Shown: positions 17,152-25,906 of the stretch, one piece after another
How positions within the stretch are numbered: position 1 is the first letter of the stretch
How the letters are laid out: each line of letters opens with the position of its first letter
Assembly (NCBI GenBank): GCA_034417075.1
Contig: DAOULU010000038.1
Coordinates: forward strand, 15,766-79,765
Direction: 5' to 3'
DNA length: 64,000 nt
From: Anaerolineales bacterium
GTDB taxonomy: Bacteria > Chloroflexota > Anaerolineae > Anaerolineales > E44-bin32
The notes under the pieces: generated by a model
Told to the model about the DNA's origin: nothing
The model's input: the letters and a program-made list of their open reading frames with translations, nothing else
The model's database searches: none
Position numbers and translations under genes: made by a program

Positions 17152-18471
17152 TCACTTCTTCTGAAGCGGACGTACCTTCAATCGCAGTCCGTCGACTTGG
17201 ACGACCTCCACGCGGTCCCCAGGTGTTACATCCGATGCATCCCCTTCAACTTCCGCCGACCACAACTCCCCGGCGACCTGTACCATACCTGAAGGCCTGA
17301 ATTCGGATCGCACTTCAGCTGTCTTCCCGACCAGCGTTACCGCACCCACCTCTACGGGTCTTTGCTGCGCCTTCAAGGCAAAGGCCAATATAGTCATGAA
17401 GAACGCAGCCGAAACCAACGAGACCCCCACGACGAAAGGCACCGACACTCGCTGGAAAGAGGGCGTGTTGGAAGAGTTAAATAGGACCAGTCCCCCTACG
17501 ATCATGGACACGATATCGGCAATCGTGAGGGCGCCGTGTGTCGGTGCTTTTACATCCAGGATAAACAGCACGAACGCGGTGACGAGGAAAATCAAACCAA
17601 ACCAATTGACGGGAAGAACGCCCAACCCGAGCGTTCCCAGGGCGAGGGATATGACTCCGATAAATCCCGCCACCCAACCACCGGGGCTTGAAATTTCGAT
17701 CAAGATGGCTTGAATGCCGACGGTGATCAACAAGAATGTGACATTGGGGTCGGTCAACACGTGCAACAATTGTTCAATCAAGCTCTGGCCGAATGGAACG
17801 ATTTCATAGCCCGCGGTCTCAAGAACGACCGTCTCGTCGTTGATCGATATCTCGAAACTGTTCAACTGCGTCAACAAGTCATCCACGTCCGAGGCGATGA
17901 AATCGATCAATCCAACCTTGTACGCTTCTTCTGCGGAAGCGGCTTCCGCCGATTCGATCGTCGCTTCTGCCAGGGCGACTGCCTGATCCCCACGACGAGA
18001 AGCCAAGCTGCGCACTTGAGCCTTGAGTATGTTTTTCGCCTTGGCTTCGATCGTCTCGCCCAGATCTTCCCCCTGTCCGCCAACCGGACTGGCTGCGCCG
18101 ATCGCCGTCTCAGGCGCCATCGCAGCGGCATGACCGGCGAGCGTAATCACGGTTCCTGCGCTTCCGGCTATCGCCCCGCGAGGTGCAACGTAAACGACCA
18201 CCGGGACCCGGCTTGCCCGAATGGATTGCACCATGCGATCCATCAAATCGATCGAGCCGCCAGGGGTATTCAATTGAAACACCAGCGCGGTGGCCGATTC
18301 CTGTTCTGCCCGCGAGATGCCGCGATCCAGATATTCAGCCATCGCAGGCGTCAACGGTCCTTCTGCCTCAAGGACAAGTATCCGCCTCCCCGTTTGCGCT
18401 TCCCCGGCAAACGTGAAACATGTAGACAAAAACAGGAGCAAACTTATCGTACGCAGCAATTGACGTCGCAT
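17152..18471 (-). CDS. NfeD-family membrane-bound ClpP-class serine protease
   Basis: Signal sequence, ClpP/crotonase-like domain (NTPGGSIDLMDRM ... AGSAGTVITLAGH), a block of 4-5 TM helices and a C-terminal OB-fold (VGKTAEV ... GDRVEVVQVDGLRLKVRP). Confidence 0.8.
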   Translation of the reverse strand: MRRQLLRTISLLLFLSTCFTFAGEAQTGRRILVLEAEGPLTPAMAEYLDRGISRAEQESATALVFQLNTPGGSIDLMDRMVQSIRASRVPVVVYVAPRGAIAGSAGTVITLAGHAAAMAPETAIGAASPVGGQGEDLGETIEAKAKNILKAQVRSLASRRGDQAVALAEATIESAEAASAEEAYKVGLIDFIASDVDDLLTQLNSFEISINDETVVLETAGYEIVPFGQSLIEQLLHVLTDPNVTFLLITVGIQAILIEISSPGGWVAGFIGVISLALGTLGLGVLPVNWFGLIFLVTAFVLFILDVKAPTHGALTIADIVSMIVGGLVLFNSSNTPSFQRVSVPFVVGVSLVSAAFFMTILAFALKAQQRPVEVGAVTLVGKTAEVRSEFRPSGMVQVAGELWSAEVEGDASDVTPGDRVEVVQVDGLRLKVRPLQKK

Positions 18472-18683
18472 AAAAACTACTCCGTTCCCCGATTATAAAC
18501 GTAAACGGGCAAGGCATAGATATATAATCCGCATTGAACGTTTTACGACAAATCCAGACCCCATTTCGTCACGGTTTCTATGCCGCTGACTTGTGCCAGG
18601 ATGTGAGTACCTTATAATCAGATCGAACGACGAATGTACGTGTATCTCGACGATCACGAGACGGATGCGACAGAGGTGTTCAC

Positions 18684-19598
18684 ATGAAGGTCATCGAGTG
18701 TTCTGACCTCCGTGAAGAAGACGGAACAATCAGTCTGGCAAACCGGATCAAAGGCACACTTAATTTCGGGCTGAATTGGTACGACGAAATGCTAGCCCAG
18801 GAGGAAATGTGCGCGCGCCTGTCGAAGACGCTCAAGCGCGATCACACCATGATTCGCAATGCGATCATCCCCGGCACGAAACTGCCGGTGCCTATGATTC
18901 TGCTCAGCCCTCAAGGGGTACGCGTCATCGCGACGAGTCGAATACGTGGAAGTTATCGAGCCAAGGGAGATGAATGGCAGAAATTCGATTCGCGCGGTCG
19001 CAAATTCAAGCGTACCCGTCCAAACCCGATGGATGACGTACGTCTCATGGCAGACGTCCTGCTGCGCTCCATTCAAGACCGGGGATACGCGCTTCCCAGC
19101 ATCGAGCCCGTTCTACTCTTTACGGATGTAAATGCTCACATCGATCAGGTTAGTCCCGCTGTGCGCGTCGTTCAAGTCGACGCGATCGATCACTTTGCAG
19201 TGAATTTACTCAAGATCGAACCGATCATGGATCAGGACGACATCCGCGCCGTATCGGACGTCATTCTCCATCCCAAAGGACCTGAAACCGACGAAGTGAC
19301 GGAGCCGGAAAATGGATTGGCGCCTGGGTTGATCAACGAACTCCCTCCATTCACCACCGAGGAAGAGCCACCGCTTGCCTCAGAGGAACTTCCGCCTTTC
19401 AAATTTCCCGACACGGACCCCATGGACTACCCGATGTTCGACCCCAATGCACCGGACGCACCACCTTTAGGCGCACCATTCTACGCCCGTTGGGGTTTCT
19501 CAAGAAACCAATTTGTATTGCTCGCAGTTATGGCGTTTATCGAGCTGCTGATCATAACCGTTCTAGCCGTGATGGTACTTGCCGATATTTCCTTCTGA
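18684..19598 (+). CDS. NERD-like (nuclease-related) domain protein with Pro-rich linker and C-terminal TM anchor
   Basis: The central segment PMILLSPQGVRVIATSRIRGSYRAKGDEW ... NPMDDVRLMADVL ... PVLLFTD resembles the NERD pattern. The C-terminus FVLLAVMAFIELLIITVLAVMVLA is hydrophobic. A TATAAT box lies at 18613-18618 upstream. Confidence 0.5.
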   Translation: MKVIECSDLREEDGTISLANRIKGTLNFGLNWYDEMLAQEEMCARLSKTLKRDHTMIRNAIIPGTKLPVPMILLSPQGVRVIATSRIRGSYRAKGDEWQKFDSRGRKFKRTRPNPMDDVRLMADVLLRSIQDRGYALPSIEPVLLFTDVNAHIDQVSPAVRVVQVDAIDHFAVNLLKIEPIMDQDDIRAVSDVILHPKGPETDEVTEPENGLAPGLINELPPFTTEEEPPLASEELPPFKFPDTDPMDYPMFDPNAPDAPPLGAPFYARWGFSRNQFVLLAVMAFIELLIITVLAVMVLADISF

Positions 19599-19629
19599 AG
19601 TTCACATATCCCATTTCTGAGGTAGGAAC

Positions 19630-20355
19630 ATGCAACCATTTCTTTCCATCATCATCCCTGCCTACAACGAAGAACGGCGTATTTCTTCAACGCTGGGTAA
19701 GGTTCTATCCTTTCTCGAAAAGCAAGATTTCGCCTCTGAAATCATCGTCGTCGAAAATGGAAGCCAGGATCGCACCGCGGAAATTGTCAGGGAGTATCAG
19801 TACGGACATCCCAGCCTGCACTTGTTTCGTGAAACTCGAGCCGGGAAAGGACTCGCAGTGCGCCGTGGGATGTTTGCGGCTAAAGGTAGCTATCGCTTCA
19901 TCTGCGACGCAGACCTCTCCATGCCCATCGAGGAGGTCGGGCGTTTTACTCCTCCTCAACTCGAAGCGTTCGATATTGCCATCGCATCTCGTGAAGTCCC
20001 AGGAGCCGTTCGTTATGACGAACCCGTTTACCGCCATTTCATCGGCCGCGGTTTCAATCTGCTCGTTCGTATGTTCACCGGTTTGAAGATCCAAGATACA
20101 CAATGCGGCTTCAAATGCTTTCGAGCAGAAATCGTCGATGAGCTTTTCCGCCAACAAATTATCGACGGTTGGACGTTCGACGTCGAAGTCCTCTTCCTGG
20201 CACAAAGAAGAGGGTATAGAATCATCGAAGTGCCCATTCCCTGGTACTTCCACCCAGGCAGTCGTGTGAACATCCTGCAGGATACCTTTACCATGTTCTG
20301 CGATCTGATCCGCATCCGACTGAACGCTCTACGAGGGATTTATGCATCAGATTGA
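19630..20355 (+). CDS. Family-2 glycosyltransferase (polyprenyl-phosphate glycosyltransferase-like)
   Basis: N-terminal SIIIPAYNEE, DxD context (CDADLS), about 240 aa and soluble. Confidence 0.75.
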   Translation: MQPFLSIIIPAYNEERRISSTLGKVLSFLEKQDFASEIIVVENGSQDRTAEIVREYQYGHPSLHLFRETRAGKGLAVRRGMFAAKGSYRFICDADLSMPIEEVGRFTPPQLEAFDIAIASREVPGAVRYDEPVYRHFIGRGFNLLVRMFTGLKIQDTQCGFKCFRAEIVDELFRQQIIDGWTFDVEVLFLAQRRGYRIIEVPIPWYFHPGSRVNILQDTFTMFCDLIRIRLNALRGIYASD

Positions 20356-20995
20356 AGTGGCTGCTTCTCAGCCCGATCTGTTTTATGAATTCGAACTATT
20401 GCAATCCGGTCGTACGATGATCGCCGGCGTGGACGAAGCCGGACGAGGTGCATGGGCGGGTCCCGTTGTCGCAGCAGCCGTCGTGCTTCCTATTCAACGC
20501 TTCGATCTTGCCTACCGGCTCAACGGTGTTCAAGATTCGAAGCAAATGACACCCGAACAACGCGCGATTTGGTTTTCAGGCATCCAGGAGCTTGCAATCG
20601 CTACCGCAGTCGGTTTTGCTACGGCGAAAGAAATCGACGAATTGGGTTTAAGTGTCGCCACCCGGAAAGCGATGCAACGGGCCATCGCACAACTCGGATG
20701 CGAGCCCCAACATTTACTGGTCGATCACATTCGATTACCCGAAGTCCATCTCCCCCAGACTGCCGTCACCCATGGGGATGCCCGCATCCTTTCAATCGCC
20801 GCGGCTTCGGTTATCGCTAAAGTGGCGCGCGATCGAGCGATGATTGCGCTCAATCGCCGTTATCCAGGATATGGATTCCATCAGCACAAGGGATACGGTA
20901 CGGCTGCACACCGCGCAGCCTTACAACAGATGGGGCCCTGTGAGATTCATCGTAAATCGTATGCCCCTGTCACCTCGCTGAATCATAGAAAATAA
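20342..20995 (+). CDS. rnhB: Ribonuclease HII
   Basis: GVDEAGRGAWAGPVVAAAVVL catalytic motif and KDSKQ-like DSKQMT. The gene overlaps the GT2 gene by 14 nt. Confidence 0.9.
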   Translation: MHQIEVAASQPDLFYEFELLQSGRTMIAGVDEAGRGAWAGPVVAAAVVLPIQRFDLAYRLNGVQDSKQMTPEQRAIWFSGIQELAIATAVGFATAKEIDELGLSVATRKAMQRAIAQLGCEPQHLLVDHIRLPEVHLPQTAVTHGDARILSIAAASVIAKVARDRAMIALNRRYPGYGFHQHKGYGTAAHRAALQQMGPCEIHRKSYAPVTSLNHRK

Positions 20996-21050
20996 TAAAG
21001 AAGCGCTACCCCTCGATACCGATGGGTAACGCTTGTCCGAAGAATTACAT

Positions 21051-21103
21051 GGGTGCGGACCAATGGTTATTGAGGCCGACAGCGGATGAATTGGTCCGCA
21101 CCC
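21051..21103. terminator. Bidirectional hairpin between rnhB and the small membrane-protein gene
   Basis: GGGTGCGGACCAAT-25 nt-ATTGGTCCGCACCC (14-bp arms). Confidence 0.6.
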
Positions 21104-21113
21104 GATCAGTAAC

Positions 21114-21284
21114 TTATAGACCCTGCAGATACGTTGCGAGCGCCAGAAGAACGGCGCCGGCCGTCACGATCCAAAAATTGTAGTCCGTGACGATGGAGAG
21201 ATCGACGAATTCCGCAACGACCCCCACGATTACGAGCACGACTGAAATGAGCCAGGTAATTTGCTTCGGAGCACTTAGCTTCAT
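21114..21284 (-). CDS. 56-aa two-helix membrane protein (paralogue S1); not in the ORF track frame list
   Basis: My translation: MKLSAPKQITWLISVVLVIVGVVAEFVDLSIVTDYNFWIVTAGAVLLALATYLQGL. A GGGAGG Shine-Dalgarno lies 6 nt upstream. It shares about half its residues, and the same length, with the ORF at 23164-23334. Confidence 0.7.
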   Translation of the reverse strand: MKLSAPKQITWLISVVLVIVGVVAEFVDLSIVTDYNFWIVTAGAVLLALATYLQGL

Positions 21285-21756
21285 TTTCTGCCTCCCTTTC
21301 TCGGGTCATTGAAATGTATACTAGACGATTGAAAATGTCGGCCTCAAACCGGATAGCCATATTACTGCGGTGCGAAATCGCACAACCTTGCCAGATTATT
21401 CGATCGCTGCCGTTTCATATAAATGTAACACCGAACGTTACTACGAGTTCCTTTGCCGATGTTCAGAATCCGGGGATCTCGTATCTCATGTATCCTGGAT
21501 AGCGACGGAGGAAACTCATGGGACACAATGAAGAACCGAGAATTGCAGATTATGGGACGTGAGCGTCTCTAATGACGAATGCTGACTTTCAAGTTCAAGA
21601 AATGATACAGTTCAATTCCGTCGTACAACGGAGAGGCGACCTACTATATAATAGGAATGAGGACCATTAGCCTAGTTCACCCTTCCGCCAGCATGTTAGA
21701 ATTCTCGTAGCGTGAAAACTCGGATGCGACGGGGAAAATACCATAAGGAGGCTGTC

Positions 21757-22353
21757 GTGGATTCGATTATTAATTTGCTCTTATCGCAGTTAGGCTCTGG
21801 CACAACGAGTCAAATAAGCGAAAAACTCGGGATGGATGATTCCAAAGTTCAGCAAGTGATCGGTATGGCGTTGCCAACACTGATCGGTGCGCTTAACCGC
21901 AACGCATCTTCTTCAAAGAGCGGCGCCGAAGCCTTGACCAATGCCATCCAGAGCGATCATGATGGAAGTATTCTCGATAACATCGCACAGGCTGTTACAA
22001 AGCGCGAGACTGTCGATGACGGTAACGCAATACTAGGCCATGTCTTCGGAGACAAAGGCAGCGGCATCATGGACAGCGTCAGTCGAGCTACGAACATCGA
22101 CAGTGCGCAAGTCGCTCAGATTTTCGCCATGTTGGCTCCCCTCGTACTGGGCGCGTTGGGAAAAATCCAGCGTAATAAAAACCTCGATGCTGATGGGGTG
22201 TCATCTCTTCTCCAGGAAGAACGTCAAACGGTGGAGAAATCATCTTCCGGATTAACCCAGCTTCTGGATATGGACGGCGATGGCGATGTCTCGGACGAGA
22301 TCATTTCGCTCGGAGCGAATCTCTTGGGTGGGCTTTTCGGGGGCAAGAAATAG
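21757..22353 (+). CDS. DUF937-like protein
   Basis: The N-terminal pattern (SQISEKLGMDDSKVQQVIGMALPTLIGALNRNASS), a repeated second half and the tail LLGGLFGGKK are typical of DUF937. I chose GTG 21757 because AAGGAGG lies 6 nt upstream; the track start is 21712. Confidence 0.6.
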   Translation: MDSIINLLLSQLGSGTTSQISEKLGMDDSKVQQVIGMALPTLIGALNRNASSSKSGAEALTNAIQSDHDGSILDNIAQAVTKRETVDDGNAILGHVFGDKGSGIMDSVSRATNIDSAQVAQIFAMLAPLVLGALGKIQRNKNLDADGVSSLLQEERQTVEKSSSGLTQLLDMDGDGDVSDEIISLGANLLGGLFGGKK

Positions 22354-22575
22354 TCTCTGAACCGCTCGGTCGCTCGAGAATCGTACGGCTTGCCTGAGAA
22401 GGGTAAAAAAGTCGTTCCAGGTCAATTTTCGGTAAGAATGACGGTCTCGTAAACTTAATGTATCCCGATGTTCTCCAGTACGGAAAGATCGGGGAACAGA
22501 TCAAGTCGGAATTAAGAAGACGTCGAAAACGTATCTATCTAGTGAACCGAAGAAATAGGAAAAGGAGAATGTGGA

Positions 22576-23010
22576 ATGAGTATTTTCAGCAAGATTTTAG
22601 ACAAGTTGGGATTTGATAAAGAGAAAACCGAATCCGCTGCTAAGGTAGGACCTGCGCCAAAGAAGACGTCAGCTGAAGCGGCTGCCGAGCGACGCGCGCG
22701 AATTGAGCGCATAAAAGCCATGCGCGCCGCAAGGTCAAAAGAAATACCCATGGTCGACGTGATGGCTAAACTCAAGACGATGGCCGACGAGAATCCGCAG
22801 GAGCTCAATTGGAAAACCTCGATAGTCGATCTCTTGAAACTGCTCAATATCGACAGCAGCTACGAGGCTCGTAAAGACCTCGCTGTCGAATTGGGTTGTC
22901 CTGCCGACAAGATGGACGAGTCAGCGGAAATGAATACTTGGCTCCACAAGACCGTACTCGAGAAGATTGCAGAGAACGGCGGCAATATTCCCCTGGATCT
23001 TTTAGATTAG
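22576..23010 (+). CDS. DUF3597-like protein
   Basis: MSIFSKILDKLGF N-terminus, a basic linker and a conserved C-terminal module (WKTSIVDLLKLLNIDSSYEARKDLAVELGC ... NTWLHKTVLEKIAENGG). Confidence 0.6.
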   Translation: MSIFSKILDKLGFDKEKTESAAKVGPAPKKTSAEAAAERRARIERIKAMRAARSKEIPMVDVMAKLKTMADENPQELNWKTSIVDLLKLLNIDSSYEARKDLAVELGCPADKMDESAEMNTWLHKTVLEKIAENGGNIPLDLLD

Positions 23011-23086
23011 GGAAGCCTAGAGGCTAATCCACTACGGGATACGTGCGATACCCTGTATCGTACGAACGCGACTCGAGACCACAATC

Positions 23087-23114
23087 CAACAAGCGCCCTT
23101 TCGGGCGCTTGTTG
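23087..23114. terminator. Bidirectional intrinsic terminator
   Basis: CAACAAGCGCCC-TTTC-GGGCGCTTGTTG lies between convergent genes. Confidence 0.8.
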
Positions 23115-23163
23115 TCTCACAATTGAAATTTCACAGTTTGATTTATCAGGATCTCCGGTGGAA

Positions 23164-23334
23164 TTATAGACCCGGCAGAAACGTACCCAGCACCAGGAGA
23201 ACGAAACCGGCGACGACGAACCAAAACTTGTTCGTCGTAATTACACCGAGAGATACGTAGTTGGCGACGATGCCTAAAACGCCAACCATAAGCGCAATCC
23301 ACCACGTCGGTTGCTTTGGAGCACTTAGCTTCAT
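23164..23334 (-). CDS. 56-aa two-helix membrane protein (paralogue S2)
   Basis: My translation: MKLSAPKQPTWWIALMVGVLGIVANYVSLGVITTNKFWFVVAGFVLLVLGTFLPGL. An AAGGAG Shine-Dalgarno lies upstream. The track ORF at 23117-23305 is in a different, Arg-rich frame. Confidence 0.7.
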   Translation of the reverse strand: MKLSAPKQPTWWIALMVGVLGIVANYVSLGVITTNKFWFVVAGFVLLVLGTFLPGL

Positions 23335-23391
23335 TTTGAGTCTCCTTCTCCTCGAGTTAATGAACGACGGTACTTCAAACGAGGCAGAGCT

Positions 23392-25581
23392 TTAAACCCG
23401 CAGCCAAACCCGAAAGGTCGCTCCCTCGCCGGGAACACCGCTGCTCTCGACCTCGATCATACCCCCATGCTCATCAACGATCTCCTTCGCGATCGCTAAA
23501 CCCAAGCCCGTCCCCGAGACATCAGATTCAAGTCCCACCTTCCCCCTGAAAAAGCGTGTAAATAATTGCCCCTGCTCTTCCTGGCTCAACCCGAATCCAT
23601 TATCTGAAACACAGAAACCTGCATAGCGTTCCGCGGCGTGGATACGCTCTTGCGTGCATACAATCACTTTACCTCCGGAAGGTGTGTAATTTATTGCGTT
23701 CGTGAGGAATATGCCCAATGCTTGCCCAACAAGCTGCGGATCTGCCTCAACCTTTGGCAATCCATTCTGCTTCTCCAAAACCAGCTTTAAGCCGGCCTTT
23801 TCGGCCAGCGGTTGGCGATCGCTGACGTATTGCTCCACAATCTTATTGAGATCCACATGCTTGAAGTGTATGGGCGTGCGTTTTTGATCCAAGCGTGAAA
23901 GCTGCAGCAAACTCTCGATCATGCTCTCCAGACGATCCGTCTCGCGTTCAAGCGTATCTAAATACTCGTCCCATCTCTCGGGTTGTGAGGACAACAGGGT
24001 TAAATAAAGGCGTAGACTGGTGATTGGTGTGCGCAGTTCGTGGGAAACGTTTGCAACGAACTCGTCTTTTACCCGATCAAGGATCTTCAAGCGCGCATTC
24101 GCTTCTTCAAGTTTGCGATTTGCAACTTCCAAACGCGAAGCGTGTCGCTGCATCTCCTCCTCCGCCAACTTTCGTTCGGTAACGTCGCGATCGATACCGT
24201 TGAAACCGATCAAGTTCCCATTTCCATCCAAAATCGGCTCTGCCGTGCTTTCCATGAAACGGATCGACCCATCCTTGTGCAGCCATCGAACGAACACGTC
24301 CGACCACCCTCGTTTCTCCTTCATCGACGTCTGTACCATCTTACGAACGCGTTCGCGATCCTCAGGGTGCATCATCGAGAAGGCAGAAACACCTACGATT
24401 TCAGCGACTTCATATCCCAGCAAATCGTGTATCGCCTTGTTCGAAAATGTGTGACGGCCGTCCGAGTCAATCACCCAAACCCAATCCTTTGTCGATTCGA
24501 CCAGATTGCGATATTTCGCCTCACTTTCGAAGAGCGCATGCTGTGCCTGCACCTCTTCACTGATATCGCGAACGACGATCAGTCGGCCTGTTAATTTTGC
24601 CTGGCGATTTCGGATGGGAGTGATACGAATATCGTGATAGCCAGGTACACCATCTTCTTCAATGCTGACAACTTCATGAAATTCAGTCATGCCCTTATAA
24701 CGCTCGAGTAAATTGGGGAATAACGCAAACACTTCCGTAACCGGCTTTCCAATGACGTCCGAATAGACTATGCCCAGGGTGTCCAAAGCGGCTGGATTAA
24801 CATCAACGACTCTGTTTTGTGCGTCTAAAACAACCACAGAATCGCTCATACTGGTAAAAACCAGATCGCGTGCGATAGGCACAATCTCAAATAGGCCGTA
24901 GCGAAATAGCCCCAATGCAACGATCATGTTGCCAATGCCAAAAGTTATCGGCGTGGTATCCCTATGGATCGAGAATTCAACACCTGCTAAAGTTAATGCC
25001 GTACCGACCAAAGGAATTATGACACCAATCAGAACCGTTAGAATTTGGGTTCGATAGAGTCTCCCTGGGCGCAGAAAACGCTGAAAGAGTTTATAAATTC
25101 CAAAGAGGATTAAGGCATAGGCATAAACTGACATCACCAAAAAGGCTGGAGAAAAAGGATATTTGAGTGCCGAGAAAGGTTCTCCGGACACGATCCAGGT
25201 TCGTGTGTGAATCGACCCATGTAGGTCATCCGTAAAAACCAAGAACAGCCCAACGGTGGATATTACCGCAAGCCATTTCAATACATCTCGAATTTTCGTC
25301 GTATCAGCATCGGAATACTCAAAGGCAAACAGCAAGAACGCCAGGGGCGAGAAAAGCATACCGAAGAATTGTGTGTTATCCCAAAAGATTTTGGCGGGGG
25401 TGCTTGAAGACAGCAGTTCGAATACGTATCCAAGAGTCCATGATGCTTGCAGTAGCGCCGTTATTGAATATGCACGGGCTCCTGCGACCGATCTTCTCTT
25501 CCACGCCAGAATACCAACGCCCGTAGAAATCGCGATCGACAGAAAATAGGGAAGCAGATAGACCGCTGTGCTCCAATCCAT
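23392..25581 (-). CDS. Sensor histidine kinase: N-terminal 7-TM sensor region, two PAS domains, HisKA, HATPase_c
   Basis: About 7 hydrophobic helices in the first 240 aa, PAS-like segments, the H-box SHELRTPITSL, and N/G boxes (NAINYTP, DNGFG, GTGLGLAIAK). Confidence 0.9.
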   Translation of the reverse strand: MDWSTAVYLLPYFLSIAISTGVGILAWKRRSVAGARAYSITALLQASWTLGYVFELLSSSTPAKIFWDNTQFFGMLFSPLAFLLFAFEYSDADTTKIRDVLKWLAVISTVGLFLVFTDDLHGSIHTRTWIVSGEPFSALKYPFSPAFLVMSVYAYALILFGIYKLFQRFLRPGRLYRTQILTVLIGVIIPLVGTALTLAGVEFSIHRDTTPITFGIGNMIVALGLFRYGLFEIVPIARDLVFTSMSDSVVVLDAQNRVVDVNPAALDTLGIVYSDVIGKPVTEVFALFPNLLERYKGMTEFHEVVSIEEDGVPGYHDIRITPIRNRQAKLTGRLIVVRDISEEVQAQHALFESEAKYRNLVESTKDWVWVIDSDGRHTFSNKAIHDLLGYEVAEIVGVSAFSMMHPEDRERVRKMVQTSMKEKRGWSDVFVRWLHKDGSIRFMESTAEPILDGNGNLIGFNGIDRDVTERKLAEEEMQRHASRLEVANRKLEEANARLKILDRVKDEFVANVSHELRTPITSLRLYLTLLSSQPERWDEYLDTLERETDRLESMIESLLQLSRLDQKRTPIHFKHVDLNKIVEQYVSDRQPLAEKAGLKLVLEKQNGLPKVEADPQLVGQALGIFLTNAINYTPSGGKVIVCTQERIHAAERYAGFCVSDNGFGLSQEEQGQLFTRFFRGKVGLESDVSGTGLGLAIAKEIVDEHGGMIEVESSGVPGEGATFRVWLRV

Positions 25582-25906
25582 TCGCGTTGAGGTCCCCTCG
25601 CATTCTCATCTACCCGGTTTATTCATCCCCGGTAGCAGATGTGAAGCCTTGTCGGATGATCCGTCGGGACGCGATGAAGCTACATCGTCTGTCATGTAGG
25701 TCTTGCTATAGAAGGCAAAATCGCGGTTTGTTGGCAAAGAGTCGATGAAAATTTGCATTTGCCCCTATAATCAGATGATACACCACATTTTCAGCAAAAA
25801 ATATCAACTTCGAACGCACTGCGGTAGGGCTACATCATCGCGCTAGTATGAACAGCAAACGTAGGACATTCTCACCCAGAATCAAACGAACGAAATACGA
25901 TGAGAT

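Noticed and set aside
17710-18498. 262-aa plus-strand ORF.
   Set aside because: It lies fully antisense to the well-supported NfeD gene and has Arg-rich composition with no motifs.
21712-21756. Upstream ATG start of the DUF937 ORF used by the track (MKTRMRRGKYHKEAV...).
   Set aside because: GTG 21757 is preceded by AAGGAGG at optimal spacing, whereas ATG 21712 has no Shine-Dalgarno. The extra 15 residues are highly basic and atypical for the family. This call remains uncertain.
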